Below are positions 36,745 to 46,151 of a stretch of DNA of 64,000 bases, one piece after another. The notes beneath the pieces are model-generated. The model was not told where the DNA came from, did no database searches, and saw nothing but the letters and a program-made list of their open reading frames with translations. This DNA is from an uncultured Candidatus Saccharibacteria bacterium. GTDB taxonomy: Bacteria > Patescibacteriota > Minisyncoccia > Phycocordibacterales > PALSA-1337. The stretch is taken from assembly GCA_964468845.1 (NCBI GenBank), contig CAYXWP010000001.1:6411-70410 (forward strand), read 5' to 3'. Within the stretch, counting starts at the first letter, position 1; each line of letters opens with the position of its first letter. The position numbers and the translations under genes were made by a program.

Positions 36745-38415
36745 CTACCTCAAATACTCTGGCGTATTCACATTCATCCAATCCACAATCTCTCTCATTA
36801 CAGAACCTGCACCGATAAGATTGTGTGTGGATCCTTTTTCTAGAAGAATAGCGAATGCATATCGAGGATTTTTGTAAGGAAAATACCCAGTCATCCATGA
36901 ATTAACTTTTTCCTTTGCCGATCCAAGCTCGGCAGTACCAGATTTTGCAGCAATTTCAACAAAGGGGAAATTTAGAGATTGGCAAGTACCTTCGGTAGTA
37001 CAAAGGCGCATTCCTTCCTTTATTATTGAAAAATATTTCTGTGGAAGTTCTACACTCCTCAAAACTTTTCCCGCTTCACCTTTTATAATACTCGGATCAC
37101 GAATCAGCCCGTCATTAGCGATTGCAGCGACAGCGCGAGCAACCTGTAGTGGCGATGTTTGAAAACCATATTGTCCAATAGAGGTGTGATATGTATTACC
37201 TAGATTCCATGACTCACCATCAAAATTTTCCTTTTTCCATTCAGGATTTGGGACAACACCATCTGACCCTGTAAAGAATGAACCTTCAATTTTTTCTCCA
37301 AAACCAAATGATTTCATGTATTTCTCTATGCGAGCAATACCCAACCCTTTCTGATCTTTATAACCTCCACCAATTTCATAAAAATATACATCAGAAGACA
37401 CAGCAAGTGCATGTCTCATATCGACCCAGCCATGTGCTTTCCAATCCTTGAAAACAGTTTGTAATGTTGGATAATACTGATTTTGTACAGAAATAGAACC
37501 AGTACTTAAAATCCTCGCAGTTGGCTCAATAATTTTTTCATTTAACGCAGCCATTGCCATGAATGGTTTAATAATGGAACCGGGTGTATACAATCCATCA
37601 ACAACTCTATCCAAAAATGGCTTCTTTTTATCATTTAAAAATGATTTAACTTTAACAGTATCCTCTTTCAACGACATAATTTCTGAGTCATATTCTGGAT
37701 AACTTGTCAGAGCCAGCACTTCACCACTTCTTGTGTCCATAATTATTCCAGCTCCTCCATCAAAACCCACTCTCTCTGCGACACCTTTTATTGCTCTGTA
37801 CATTTCAGATTGAACTCTTGAATCGATCGACAACACAATGTTTTTCCCTTCCTTAGGTGGTTGAGTAATATTTTGCGAACGAACTTTTCCGCTAGCATCA
37901 ACCTCAACAAGCTTTACTCCGTTACTTCCCTGTAGGTCTGAATTAAAATATCTTTCAATTCCGTCTGCTCCTTCAAAATCTTCACGATAATAAAATCCTG
38001 CCTTATCCTTTGAAGGATACTGAACGTACCCAAGAACATGTGCAAGTCCAACATCATCCTTGTATTTTCTCAAAGCTATATCTGGATCCTCGCTAGGTGC
38101 ATTCCATGCAAGCTCGACTCCATTTCGATCATAGATAACACCTCGCGCAGCAAAAATTGGAGTATTTCTTAATCTATTATTTTCACTTCTCTCATTATAT
38201 GCCTCACCACTTTTTATTTGAAGAAACCAAAGCTTTGAACCAAATACCAAAAAGACTAATACAAAAAAAGCCAAAATACCCATGAGACTCAATCTGGAAA
38301 TTGGTTTGTCCAAACGTCCTTCAAATTGCTGATTATCAAACATCGGCAAATTGTGAGAGTCCATAAATATCTCATCGGGAGCAATATCTTTATTATTCTT
38401 TATTTTATGATTCAT
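36745..38415 (-). CDS. mrdA: Penicillin-binding protein 2 (elongasome transpeptidase)
   Basis: TM, dimerisation domain, then GSIIKPF (SxxK), SSD (SxN/D) and KSGTAE. Located directly downstream of mreBCD. Confidence 0.75.
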   Translation of the reverse strand: MNHKIKNNKDIAPDEIFMDSHNLPMFDNQQFEGRLDKPISRLSLMGILAFFVLVFLVFGSKLWFLQIKSGEAYNERSENNRLRNTPIFAARGVIYDRNGVELAWNAPSEDPDIALRKYKDDVGLAHVLGYVQYPSKDKAGFYYREDFEGADGIERYFNSDLQGSNGVKLVEVDASGKVRSQNITQPPKEGKNIVLSIDSRVQSEMYRAIKGVAERVGFDGGAGIIMDTRSGEVLALTSYPEYDSEIMSLKEDTVKVKSFLNDKKKPFLDRVVDGLYTPGSIIKPFMAMAALNEKIIEPTARILSTGSISVQNQYYPTLQTVFKDWKAHGWVDMRHALAVSSDVYFYEIGGGYKDQKGLGIARIEKYMKSFGFGEKIEGSFFTGSDGVVPNPEWKKENFDGESWNLGNTYHTSIGQYGFQTSPLQVARAVAAIANDGLIRDPSIIKGEAGKVLRSVELPQKYFSIIKEGMRLCTTEGTCQSLNFPFVEIAAKSGTAELGSAKEKVNSWMTGYFPYKNPRYAFAILLEKGSTHNLIGAGSVMREIVDWMNVNTPEYLR

Positions 38416-38683
38416 AGATAATTAAACGCTTCTTAAGTATGAGAGAAATTAGAAATAAAACAATACTGACAAGAGTAAAAATGTAATTTATATTCCAAAA
38501 GCTAGGTAGTGGTATGGCGTATAGAGCATCATATAAAATTCCCCATGCAATTATTTCAAAATAAATTGGGAAATAAAAAAGAAAAATTATTGATAGAGAC
38601 CACGTAAGCCACCAATATCCCCACAAAATAGAACACAAAACTAATATTCCAAATATAATTCTAATTTGATTTTGTCTTTTCAT
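38405..38683 (-). CDS. mreD: MreD-like small membrane protein
   Basis: 92 aa with 3 TM helices, positioned between mreC and mrdA. Confidence 0.4.
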   Translation of the reverse strand: MKRQNQIRIIFGILVLCSILWGYWWLTWSLSIIFLFYFPIYFEIIAWGILYDALYAIPLPSFWNINYIFTLVSIVLFLISLILKKRLIIYES

Positions 38684-39407
38684 AGATTTGAACCCATTTC
38701 TGTTCGTAAATATTTATTGGCTGAGAAAATATTATTGTCGAAAACGCACGAGCTGGATCCGCGATAACCTTACTGACAATTCCAAAAACAGAACTAGAAA
38801 TATTCGGAATGATAATTGTATCACCTTCTGAGACCTTTACATCTCTTGGAATTATTGTTTCAAACAAGCCGCCACCACGGCCAACTGCTGTCGCTTGAAT
38901 ATTTTGCTCACCAATTAAAACATCATATTTTTCTCCATATGTTGAATATAATTTTACTTTTGAAGTATTAGAAAATACCTCTTCAGTTTCTCCAATCAAT
39001 ATATTTCCTAACACATATACCCCATCGCCCTTTTCGACTCTATCATTTGAACCAACATCCAAAATAAAGGAATCATAGGCTGTAAATGGTGGTTTTTTCA
39101 AGACATAAGCAAGTACAAGATTCTTTGAAACGGCACGATTCATTATTTCCTTCAATTCAAAATTCTCCTTTGTAAGCTCAGAAATTATCATGTCTTTCGT
39201 ATTATCAGGAAGCTGATTCAGACTAGGTCTATTTCCAGAATTAATATTCCAAACTGGGCTTACAATAGTTGTAATTATTGAAGACAAAAAAGTTGGAGCA
39301 GCGAAATGTAGTAACACAAGCACAAGAACAATCACACCAACAACCTTTATTGGCCAAAAAATTTTTCTTTTGTGAATACTACTTCTGAGCACGTAATTCA
39401 TCTTCAT
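38661..39407 (-). CDS. mreC: Rod shape-determining protein MreC
   Basis: N-terminal TM, coiled coil and a beta domain (AYVLKKPPFTAYDSFILDVGSNDRVEKGDGVYV). Confidence 0.6.
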   Translation of the reverse strand: MKMNYVLRSSIHKRKIFWPIKVVGVIVLVLVLLHFAAPTFLSSIITTIVSPVWNINSGNRPSLNQLPDNTKDMIISELTKENFELKEIMNRAVSKNLVLAYVLKKPPFTAYDSFILDVGSNDRVEKGDGVYVLGNILIGETEEVFSNTSKVKLYSTYGEKYDVLIGEQNIQATAVGRGGGLFETIIPRDVKVSEGDTIIIPNISSSVFGIVSKVIADPARAFSTIIFSQPINIYEQKWVQIYEKTKSN

Positions 39408-40443
39408 TTTGTATTAATACACCAGAATACTTTTCTAATTCTTCAAGAATAATGCCTGTTCCACGAGCAACGGCAGTCAATGGATCTTCAGAAATATAAA
39501 CAGGAATTTTAAGTGTTGAAGTTAAGAGCTCATCTAAACCTTTTATCAAAGCTCCACCACCAATTAAATGTATTCCTCTGTGCATTATGTCAGAGAGTAT
39601 TTCAGGGGGAGTAGATTCTAGAACCTCTTTTGAAGATTCGACTAGAGTATCTATGGATGAGGACATGGCTTCGCGCATATCCGAATCTGTAATAACCACT
39701 TCTCTTGGCAAACCAGTAATCAAGTCTCTTCCGCGAATTGTTGTTTCAAGAGATTCACCTGGTATAACCGCACCAACGGCAATTTTTATAAACTCAGCAG
39801 TTTTTTCGCCAATCAAAATTTTAAATTCATTTCTAATGTATGACATTATGTCATTATTAAGTTTGTCACCAGCAATTTTAATATTTTTTGAACGGACAAT
39901 TCCGCCAAGAGAAATTATTGCAATATCTGTTGTGCCACCACCGATATCAATAATCATACTTCCGATCGGTTCATGTATTGGCAAACGTATTCCGATAGCA
40001 CCTGCCATTGGCTCTTCGACAATATACACTTCTCTTGCTCCAGCGTTTTTCGTTGCATCTCTCACTGCACGAATCTCAACGTTCGTAACTCCAGACGGCA
40101 CTCCGACAACAACTCTTGGTCCCAACATTTTCTTTGAATATTGTTCTGCCTTTTTTATCAAATATGAAATCATTTCTTCAGTAACTTCAAAATCAGAAAT
40201 AACTCCATCGACAAGAGGTCTTATCGCAACAATGTGAGATGGTGTTCTGCCAAGCATATTTTTTGCCTCTGTTCCCACGGCGACAACACGACCAGTTTTC
40301 TGGTTCACGGCTACGACAGATGGCTCAGTGACAACGATTCCATGCCCACGAAGATAGACTAGAGTATTTGCAGTACCGAGGTCAATTCCAATGTCATTTG
40401 ACATATATCTATACATCTTTTCCTTGAAATCTTTCATAGGCAT
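39379..40443 (-). CDS. mreB: Rod shape-determining actin homologue MreB
   Basis: DIGIDLGTANTLVY phosphate-1 motif and full actin-fold motifs. Confidence 0.9.
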   Translation of the reverse strand: MPMKDFKEKMYRYMSNDIGIDLGTANTLVYLRGHGIVVTEPSVVAVNQKTGRVVAVGTEAKNMLGRTPSHIVAIRPLVDGVISDFEVTEEMISYLIKKAEQYSKKMLGPRVVVGVPSGVTNVEIRAVRDATKNAGAREVYIVEEPMAGAIGIRLPIHEPIGSMIIDIGGGTTDIAIISLGGIVRSKNIKIAGDKLNNDIMSYIRNEFKILIGEKTAEFIKIAVGAVIPGESLETTIRGRDLITGLPREVVITDSDMREAMSSSIDTLVESSKEVLESTPPEILSDIMHRGIHLIGGGALIKGLDELLTSTLKIPVYISEDPLTAVARGTGIILEELEKYSGVLIQNEDELRAQK

Positions 40444-40529
40444 ACATTACCATAAAAAATAGTTTTTTGTAATAAAAAGAGCCGGAAATTCCCCAGCTCA
40501 ATGAAAAACAAACTTTCCTTCACACACCC

Positions 40530-40763
40530 TCAGTCCGCCACCTCTCGGTAATCCCCTTTATTCAGATTCACGACCACGGGGCAAGCATCATCAACATCCC
40601 TTCGAGGGTCAAGGGAAACCTTGATAGTTCGATCCGGATTGCGAATCATGAACATTCCTCTTGAATCAACTGGGAATGTCGCTCCAGCCTTGTGTGGGTG
40701 AGGGATTGCCTTTGTGAGTCGAATGATCACTGCTTTCTTAACTACACGTTGTCTTATTGGCAT
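40530..40763 (-). CDS. Small hypothetical protein (77 aa); GC-rich gene with a strong SD
   Basis: The track's 132-aa ORF is trimmed to the Met at 40763, which has AAGGAAA 5 nt upstream. Sequence MPIRQRVVKKAVIIRLTKAIPHPHK... No family recognised. Confidence 0.35.
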   Translation of the reverse strand: MPIRQRVVKKAVIIRLTKAIPHPHKAGATFPVDSRGMFMIRNPDRTIKVSLDPRRDVDDACPVVVNLNKGDYREVAD

Positions 40764-40869
40764 GTGGTTTCCTTCGTTTGAACGGTTGGATGTTTTACTA
40801 CAGAAAATCTGACCCCAAAATCTGGGGTAATTTATACACCAAAATACCACCTTGCGCAACAAATTTTCA

Positions 40870-41145
40870 CTAAGCGGCCATCTTTTTCTCGTATAACATA
40901 TCTTTAATTTTGGCAATATAACTTTCACGATTACTCAACATGTACTCACTCGCAAGTTGAGGGTTATTATTAAATAGTTCAATTAGTTTATTTTCGTGTT
41001 CATTATGCCAATTTTCTATTTGCTCATCGCTTACATCATTAGTACCAAAGAAATCCTTTAATAAATCCATTTTTACCAGCGTCCTTATATTCTCAAATGA
41101 TTTCTCAATTTCTCCCGCTTGATCTACAAAATTCCTCTCGTTCAT
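40870..41145 (-). CDS. Hypothetical acidic protein (91 aa)
   Basis: ORF only. Confidence 0.3.
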   Translation of the reverse strand: MNERNFVDQAGEIEKSFENIRTLVKMDLLKDFFGTNDVSDEQIENWHNEHENKLIELFNNNPQLASEYMLSNRESYIAKIKDMLYEKKMAA

Positions 41146-41189
41146 AAAATTTAATTTATTAAATATTAATTGTAACTTACTACTAATTT

Positions 41190-42437
41190 TTAAAACCCTT
41201 TTATAACCTCGGATATTTCTTTCATTTCTACCCTACCGTCTAGCCTACATTTAACCTCCACCTTTCCTTCAGCCAAAGTTTTTTCACTAATAACAAATCG
41301 TACCGGGATACCAATAAGATCACTATCTGCAAATTTCTCTCCAGCGCGCATATCTCTGTTATCATAAAGCACCTCAACACCTTTCTTCGTCAGTTCAGCA
41401 TAAAGTGTATCTGCTTCTTTTTTTACTTTCCCTTCCTTGTCCTCGATAGAAATAAGATGAATAGCAAAGGGCGAAATAGATTCTGGCCAAACAAGACCCT
41501 TATCATCTGAAAGAATTTCTGCAACAGTTCCCATAAGTCTTCCGGGACCAATGCCGTAACTTCCCATTATTACTTTTTGTTTTTCACCTTTTTCATCAGA
41601 ATATGTAAGATCTAGAGCATCAGAAAATTTAGTGCCGAGATTAAATATGTTTCCAACCTCCACAGCTTTCTTCTCAATCAAATCTTCTCTTTTTAATCCC
41701 AAATCATTCAGAACCTCATCATTCAAAACTTCCTTATTTATAGCGATCTTTTTACTCTCATCAACAAAAATACTGTCTTCACCTGCGTCGGTTACCGTTT
41801 GGAATTCATGTGAGTATTTCGAAAATGTACCGCCAGAAGAAAAGGTTATATATGTTATATTTCCAAGTCCAGCTCTATTATATATATTTAAATATGCTTG
41901 CTTGGCTCTGTCATAAAATGCGTCATGCTCTTTTTCATCTCGTGAAAATGAATACAAATCTTTCATCAAAAATTCTCTACATCTCATTATTCCTGATTTT
42001 GCCCTTATTTCATTTCGGAATTTTGTTTGAAATTGATAAGCGTAAACAGGAAGATCCCTGTAAGATCGAATGTAATCCTTCATAAGATTAGTAATTTCCT
42101 CTTCATGGGTTGTGCCAAGACCAACCTCTGTTCCATTTTTAAATGTCGTCTTAAACCAAATATCTACAACGTCATCTGACCAACGGTTCGTCTTCTCCCA
42201 AAGATTTTTATCCTGCAATGCAGTCAACGAAATCTCCTGTCCTCCAATAGCATTCATTTCCTCTCGAATTATTCCAATAATCTTATTCATCACCCTCAAA
42301 CCAAGTGGTAAATATGAATAGACACCTGCCATTTCTTTATGGATAAAACCAGCACGAATTAGAAGTTGTGCATTTTTTGACACCTCGTCTTTTGGCGCAT
42401 CTTTGCGAGTCTTTGTAAATAATTGTGACTGATACAT
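41190..42437 (-). CDS. proS: Prolyl-tRNA synthetase (bacterial-type catalytic core lacking the INS editing domain)
   Basis: N-terminus MYQSQLFTKTRKDAPKDEVSKNAQLLIRAGFI, class II motifs and a C-terminal anticodon-binding domain. Only 415 aa. Confidence 0.9.
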   Translation of the reverse strand: MYQSQLFTKTRKDAPKDEVSKNAQLLIRAGFIHKEMAGVYSYLPLGLRVMNKIIGIIREEMNAIGGQEISLTALQDKNLWEKTNRWSDDVVDIWFKTTFKNGTEVGLGTTHEEEITNLMKDYIRSYRDLPVYAYQFQTKFRNEIRAKSGIMRCREFLMKDLYSFSRDEKEHDAFYDRAKQAYLNIYNRAGLGNITYITFSSGGTFSKYSHEFQTVTDAGEDSIFVDESKKIAINKEVLNDEVLNDLGLKREDLIEKKAVEVGNIFNLGTKFSDALDLTYSDEKGEKQKVIMGSYGIGPGRLMGTVAEILSDDKGLVWPESISPFAIHLISIEDKEGKVKKEADTLYAELTKKGVEVLYDNRDMRAGEKFADSDLIGIPVRFVISEKTLAEGKVEVKCRLDGRVEMKEISEVIKGF

Positions 42438-42455
42438 AGATATTATTTAATAATT

Positions 42456-42875
42456 TTATTTCACGGCTTCAATCTTAGCTGCTTCAATTGGATTCGCCAA
42501 TGTATGCTTCATTTCCTCAACCATTTGATCCAAACTATAATTTGTCTTTATAAGATATCCTGAAGCATTATTCGTAACGGCATCAGAAATCGCATCTAGC
42601 TTGTCCACCAAAGTTAACATAATAATCTTTACCTGCTTACCCCATTGGTCTTGTCTTAACCTCTTTAAAACTTCAAGACCATCAATTCCAGGCATAAGTA
42701 AGTCTAGCAAAATAATATCTGGATGGACCGAAAAAGCCTTCTGTATTCCCTCTTCTCCATTTGTCGCTCCTATGGCTTCAAACCCAGAAATATTCAATTT
42801 ACTCACAAGGACAGTGTTCAAATTTACATCATCATCAATGACTAATATTTTTTTCTTATTACTAGGATTATCCAT
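42456..42875 (-). CDS. Stand-alone response regulator receiver (CheY-like)
   Basis: KILVIDDD...DIILLDLLMPGIDG...K. No output domain. Confidence 0.8.
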   Translation of the reverse strand: MDNPSNKKKILVIDDDVNLNTVLVSKLNISGFEAIGATNGEEGIQKAFSVHPDIILLDLLMPGIDGLEVLKRLRQDQWGKQVKIIMLTLVDKLDAISDAVTNNASGYLIKTNYSLDQMVEEMKHTLANPIEAAKIEAVK

Positions 42876-42902
42876 GTTATTGATTATATTATTTATATGT
42901 TA

Positions 42903-44201
42903 TTAAAACGTAATGGTAAAAATACTACCCTTATTCTCTTCTGATGAAAAGCGTATATCACCTCCCATTGAAACTATTATTGATTTTACCAGATATAAGC
43001 CCAAACCGGTACCTTGACTACTACTTAATTTCTTAACATTGTCCGCTCTAAAGAGTTTGGAAAATATTCTATCCTGCTGGTCTATAGGTATACCAAAACC
43101 AGTATCCGAAACAACTATTCTCCTCTCATTCGATGATTCTTCAAAATTGATGGAAATCGTACCACCATCTGGAGTATATTTTATTGCGTTTGAAACCAAA
43201 TTTTGTATAACAATACGAAATAGTTTTGGATCGCTCTCTATACTCTCGAACAAACCATTATAATTAACAACCAAATTAATCTTTTTTAAATTAATCTGCA
43301 ATGCAAATTCATTTTTAATACTCTCTAACAAATCCTGTACATTGGTTGGCACTTTTTCAACTGCCAAAGAACCCATTTCAATTCTTGAGATATTCAGTAG
43401 CACATCCACGAGCTCAACCATGTTCTGATTCGCAACATGCAAAACAGTCATGTACTTTTTTTGTTCATCGTTAAGTACACCAATATCTCCAGAAAATAAC
43501 ATATCGGTGTACCATTTTGTTGTGGCAAGTGGAGTTTTCAATTGGTGTGCTGCAAGTGATAAAAACTCCGTCTTTGCTTTTTCGATTAGTTTCTGCTCAG
43601 TAATATCCATAATTACTGCTAGTCCTGTGCTCAAATAACTACCTGGACCTCTCATATCAAAAACGGAAATCATAACTGATCTGACTGTTCCATCTTTTAT
43701 CATCATCTGTACCTCTTTCCTATTTATAGAAACCTTGGACCTAAAGTATGCAAAAAGATCGCCGGCTTTTTCTTTTGAATCATCGGAGACAAAAGAAAAG
43801 AAGTTTTTATTTTCAATATCTTCAGTCAATGAACCAAAAAAACGTAGCGCAGCCTTGTTTGGCTCATGCATATTACCATCACCGTCCAACATTACATATG
43901 GAATAGGTGCACTTTCATATAGTCTTTTGAATTGCTGTTTTGAGAAAGCTAAATCCTTTGTTTCATTCCATATTTCCAAATTAAACCGAGAGTTAAAGGT
44001 TAATAATAAATAAAATATAAATGAAAGTGAAACAGCCACAATAATAAATAAAACAAGAATAATCTTTACGTTCGTCTGTACGTCAACCAATAGAATATCC
44101 AAAATAAAATTACGAGATGCAAATAACACACCAAGAAGTGTAATCAAAAAAATCAAAGAAACAAGCACATGTGTAGAATACAGTTTACCTTGATTTGACA
44201 T
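42903..44201 (-). CDS. Sensor histidine kinase with TM and PAS domains
   Basis: Two N-terminal TM helices and a PAS-like region, then H-box LAAHQLKTPL and the HATPase_c boxes (N, G1 DTGFGIP, G2 GTGLGL). Confidence 0.8.
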   Translation of the reverse strand: MSNQGKLYSTHVLVSLIFLITLLGVLFASRNFILDILLVDVQTNVKIILVLFIIVAVSLSFIFYLLLTFNSRFNLEIWNETKDLAFSKQQFKRLYESAPIPYVMLDGDGNMHEPNKAALRFFGSLTEDIENKNFFSFVSDDSKEKAGDLFAYFRSKVSINRKEVQMMIKDGTVRSVMISVFDMRGPGSYLSTGLAVIMDITEQKLIEKAKTEFLSLAAHQLKTPLATTKWYTDMLFSGDIGVLNDEQKKYMTVLHVANQNMVELVDVLLNISRIEMGSLAVEKVPTNVQDLLESIKNEFALQINLKKINLVVNYNGLFESIESDPKLFRIVIQNLVSNAIKYTPDGGTISINFEESSNERRIVVSDTGFGIPIDQQDRIFSKLFRADNVKKLSSSQGTGLGLYLVKSIIVSMGGDIRFSSEENKGSIFTITF

Positions 44202-44229
44202 ACCTACATTATATCAGACAATGTAATCA

Positions 44230-44997
44230 CTACCATCCCCAGATATTAGCGGCCTTAAAGATGCCACTCTCAGCAATTGAGCCAGATATCTTTATCTTAT
44301 CAGAAAATTTCAAGCAATCTTCAGTATGCCATTTAGCATCATCAGTTTTAATCACCCACACTCCACCATGGAAATCCAAAAGGGTTATCTTTGTAGTAGA
44401 AGTACTAGGGACCGCGCCAAGATCAGTACATGCTTTTATTCCTTCAATTTCAAGGATTTCCCCACCAAGTAAACCATCCTCTGATCGACTCCATACGGAC
44501 AGTTTAGTATTTGATACCTCGTGATAATATGGGACTTCATTAATAAAAAACCTATCGACATATTCAAACGTATTAGTAAAATAAAATACCACTCCAAGCA
44601 ATATGTACACAGCAATGACAATGTAAGTCACCTGAAAAAACTGTCTATATCCGTATTTTGTTTTTATAAAATCAAAATATGCCAAAACGGCTACAGCCAA
44701 AAATATCGTCAACCAAAACAATAGATCTATAAAATATACAAGATAGCTAAAGACACCTCCAGACTGAAGGGCAACTGCATCATTACTATCGAACAAAGTG
44801 TAGATAAAAACACTTAATGCCAGACTTGCAATTACAACAAGCGAAACACAGAGTACCCAGAAAATCGCCTCATTAACGAAGAAGTGCCATTTAGGTTTAA
44901 CTTTAATTTTCTTGTCAGATATCATTTGCAAAACCTGGGCTTCTACCATGCTTCCGCCCTCGTCTTTTTTCATATCTGTTTTATTTTGTTTGGTCAT
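44230..44997 (-). CDS. Membrane protein, putative anti-sigma factor
   Basis: It overlaps the ECF sigma stop by 4 nt (translational coupling). Cytoplasmic N-terminus, 4-5 TM helices and an extracytoplasmic C-terminal domain. Confidence 0.35.
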   Translation of the reverse strand: MTKQNKTDMKKDEGGSMVEAQVLQMISDKKIKVKPKWHFFVNEAIFWVLCVSLVVIASLALSVFIYTLFDSNDAVALQSGGVFSYLVYFIDLLFWLTIFLAVAVLAYFDFIKTKYGYRQFFQVTYIVIAVYILLGVVFYFTNTFEYVDRFFINEVPYYHEVSNTKLSVWSRSEDGLLGGEILEIEGIKACTDLGAVPSTSTTKITLLDFHGGVWVIKTDDAKWHTEDCLKFSDKIKISGSIAESGIFKAANIWGW

Positions 44998-45623
44998 ATG
45001 TCTTTTTTTGTTAAATTATTGCTTCCTGCAAGTTCCTTGAACTCTTTTTTTGCCCTATGCACAAGTATTGCAACAGTTCCCAAGGGAATTTTTAAAATAT
45101 CAGAAATTTCATTATAATCCTTATCCTCTAAATATTTCAAAACCAATACAGCCCTGTACTTTTCCTTCATTTTTAGTAAAACTTGCAATACCTGCTCCTT
45201 TAACATTCTACCATTTGATTCCTCCGCAACATTCACTTTATCATCTGGAATATTCACAAAAAAATCCTCTTCCTCGTCGCTTGAAGCGGTTTTTGGTCTA
45301 ATTTTGAGTTTCCTAATATAATCAATTGTCTCGTTATGAGCAATACGATATATCCAAGAAGAAAATGGTAAGTTTATATCGAAGTTATTTAAATTTCTGT
45401 ACACTTTTATAAAAATATTTTGTAGCAAGTCATCTATTTCAAAAGACGTAGACCTCGCTATCCTGTAAATGTATCTTTCGATACGCGGAGAATACTTGCG
45501 CATTATCTTACCAAATGCCTCTGGCTTTAATAGTGTTTCCGCAACCAAAATTCTATCATCTTCCATGACCTCTAATGTTTTTGAATTTTCATGAAGAATT
45601 GTTAATTTGTCACCCTTTTTCAT
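44994..45623 (-). CDS. RNA polymerase ECF-type sigma-70 factor
   Basis: Sigma region 2 (YIYRIARSTSF...FSSWIYRIAHN) and region 4 HTH (YNEISDILKIPLGTVAILVHRAKKEF). Confidence 0.8.
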   Translation of the reverse strand: MKKGDKLTILHENSKTLEVMEDDRILVAETLLKPEAFGKIMRKYSPRIERYIYRIARSTSFEIDDLLQNIFIKVYRNLNNFDINLPFSSWIYRIAHNETIDYIRKLKIRPKTASSDEEEDFFVNIPDDKVNVAEESNGRMLKEQVLQVLLKMKEKYRAVLVLKYLEDKDYNEISDILKIPLGTVAILVHRAKKEFKELAGSNNLTKKDI

Positions 45624-46094
45624 AGCAATGATTCAATTATATCACCTTAACTGTGTAATCAGAGTAAACATTATGCGTATATTTGCTTCTTATAGGGCAA
45701 AAAGCCCCGGCATATGTAATGCCTAAAGGGTCACTGTATGATGATACCCCTTTAATTTTGACGGGCTCCAAAAAGATCATTCTATTTATGCTACGTATGA
45801 GTGTGAATATTTCTTTCAATTTGTTAAATTTTGTAAAAAAACAAGTAATTTTCAATCAAAACTTGCTCACTTAAAATATTATCAGCCAAGATAATTATGT
45901 GCTAACTATTTATATTAATTTTTGAAAGTTTTTTTTATACCGTCCGTAGTATAAGCATGAAGAAGTAAAATAAAGTCGAATATTAAACTTCATTACTAGC
46001 ATAATTGTAAAATTTTTAAGTAACTATGATTTAAAAATATAGCAAAACAACAAATAACCAACTAAATGGTTCAAAGAATGTGTATAAAGAGAAG

Positions 46095-46130
46095 TCAGCC
46101 GAAATTTTAATATCGGCTGATTTCTTTTTT
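46095..46130 (+). terminator. Orphan intrinsic terminator 20 nt upstream of the DUF192 gene
   Basis: tcagccga / tcggctga stem followed by TTTCTTTTTT. There is no obvious upstream plus-strand gene. Confidence 0.45.
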
Positions 46131-46151
46131 CCTCGTACGTGATATATTTAT

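Noticed and set aside
36692-36898. 68-aa Cys-rich ORF overlapping the 3' end of mrdA
   Set aside because: It is entirely embedded, out of frame, in the C-terminus of a well-supported PBP2 gene and has no RBS, so it is likely spurious.
45637-45874. Small ORFs 45637..45855 (minus) and 45683..45874 (plus) in the intergenic region upstream of the ECF sigma gene
   Set aside because: They are mutually overlapping and AT-rich, with no RBS or recognisable domains. The region is more likely a promoter or leader.
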